A program made the translations under genes and the position numbers. Source: Psilocybe cubensis (taxonomy: Eukaryota). From it: 64,000 bases of DNA. Shown piece by piece: positions 62,301 through 64,000 of this stretch (the first letter of the stretch is position 1; the number at the start of each line of letters is the position of its first letter). The DNA is taken from positions 1 through 64,000 of the forward strand of contig CM039002.1 in assembly GCA_017499595.2 (NCBI GenBank), given 5' to 3'. Below the pieces are notes generated by a model. The model worked only from the letters and a program-made list of their open reading frames with translations, was not told the DNA's origin and made no database searches.

Positions 62301-64000
62301 TTTCGTAGCTTAACAATGACTGATTGTATGTGGCGCTGGTATCGACCTGTTACGCTCGGCTGTTCTCGTCGAGCCACCATGTATGCGCATACGGGGAGTT
62401 GGGTTTAGTGTGTTCATGACCCCCTGTTTATGCCCCCCTCTCTCAGGGATCAGGATACTGATATTCCTCTGCACAATATCTCTGAAGCACAGAGTGCAGT
62501 ATTGTTTGGGATGGGACCGTACTAAAATGAAATAATGGGGTGGTTTGTTACGTTCTCCGTAGTATAACGTCTTTACTTGAATCATACACAAAGAAACCTT
62601 TGTAATATAGAATTTATATACTCGAGCACCGCATCAATGTCAATACCTCATTCTCAATGTTCCGCATTATCATTCCCGACAAGGGGACACGGACACTCAT
62701 GCCACTGTGGCATGGACGCAGCCGCCGTATTCTCAACTTTGTGTCTCACACCCCATACACCCCTCCGTCGACCTCGAACCCTCCCTCGATCTCATCACAG
62801 ATATCGTTCGACGATCATCCATTATCTGTCTATTGCTACATTCGATCTCTTGATCCACAATACCTAATTGTGGTAGAACCGCCACGCCAGTAATCTCGAA
62901 AGCCAACCAACGCCGGCAGAATACTAGCACAGAATTCCAGGAACCCGGAGGTTCGTTTTGGTGAAGGGGAAACAAAATAGACTTTTTATGAAGCTGTGCC
63001 TCTTCGATATCCAATTCGGCTATTTCATTGTGAGAGCGGTAAGTCGCGTTGTAACACATCATCTTCCTTGCTTTATGTTTTTCCAGCGCTTACGAGTATT
63101 GTAGTGATTTGGAAGATGACGGCGAATTACCCCACGATCAGAGCAGGAACACCGAATTTCTAGTGACTCAACGTGCACCGTTCGAGAACAAATATCTCGG
63201 CCCAACCCTTCGTTACACGGTCGTGCAGTACGAATATGTGAGTAAAAAATTCCCAAGTATCATTTCGTTGTCTTGAATGTGCGCTAACCACTGCTAGCCA
63301 GTTCTTTCTCTGTTCACTCTCCGGGTACATCAATGATAGGGTACTCCCCCGTCGACACATCGTCTTCGAAAAGACGAACTTGGGAGTACCATCACTAGCT
63401 TGTCGCCCTAAGCAACAACAAAGCGATTCAAATTGCCTAACACTCCCAGCTAGGAATACGAGTCGGACACAGGCCAGCAGAATAAGAGGAATAGGCGAGA
63501 AGTGATCAGAAAGATTGGAGCGGGTAGACGTGTGATATCGCGGGTAAGCGACTTTGGTTGACTGTGGCTTTGACCTGCTGTGCTGCAATTCAATCCGCGT
63601 GCTTGTAATTCAATCTTGAACGTTAAGGCCTAAGGTGCACACAGATGGTTTTGGATCATAGTCGTAATTTTATATCTTAATCTTAATGAGTTACCCACAA
63701 AATCACATTTGATCGCTGAGAAACGATACAATTTCACTATGCAAATACACTTATTATTATCATTAATCACCATAAATGAACATGTGAGCTAGGCCGATGA
63801 AGTACAGGTGAATATCGATGTCGCCGTACTCGCAGGAAGTCCGTTGTACAGGCCATCATCCGCAGGTAGTTCAATTGAACTATGGCGCGAAGGACTGCCA
63901 CCAAATCAACAAGAACAGCCACACCACCCACATGTGTAGACTAAACACCCTAAAAGAGGGTGTGCGTATAGGGTGTATACGAAACCACACCTGCTTTGAC

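Overview
Left end of a fungal chromosome, most likely an Agaricomycete basidiomycete (inferred from intron style and gene content). (CCCTAAA)n telomere repeats cap an array of 5'-truncated 3'-end units and one complete endonuclease-less Penelope-like retroelement (Coprina/Athena type, ~3011-9065, ORF 4680-8213). Every terminal repeat unit (pLTR) carries a type I hammerhead ribozyme. Main result: in the 5' pLTR of the full element the hammerhead is split inside its CU|C cleavage triplet by a 929-nt group I (IC1-like) intron (3637-4565). It has a complete P1-P9 core, a U.G 5' splice site and a terminal G, and its removal exactly regenerates the intact hammerhead seen in the five other copies. 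This is a self-splicing ribozyme nested in a self-cleaving one, in a nuclear non-rDNA setting. A 61-nt GC-AG spliceosomal intron also appears to switch between a short ORF1 and an ORF1-RT fusion. The rest is repeat-rich subtelomere: about 10 copies of an orphan multi-intron gene family in mirror orientation, three ~1.09-kb TIR elements (IS3EU-like), a PSD2 gene, a GST, a small secreted protein and a truncated alpha/beta hydrolase. All RNA structures were paired by eye and none has been tested.
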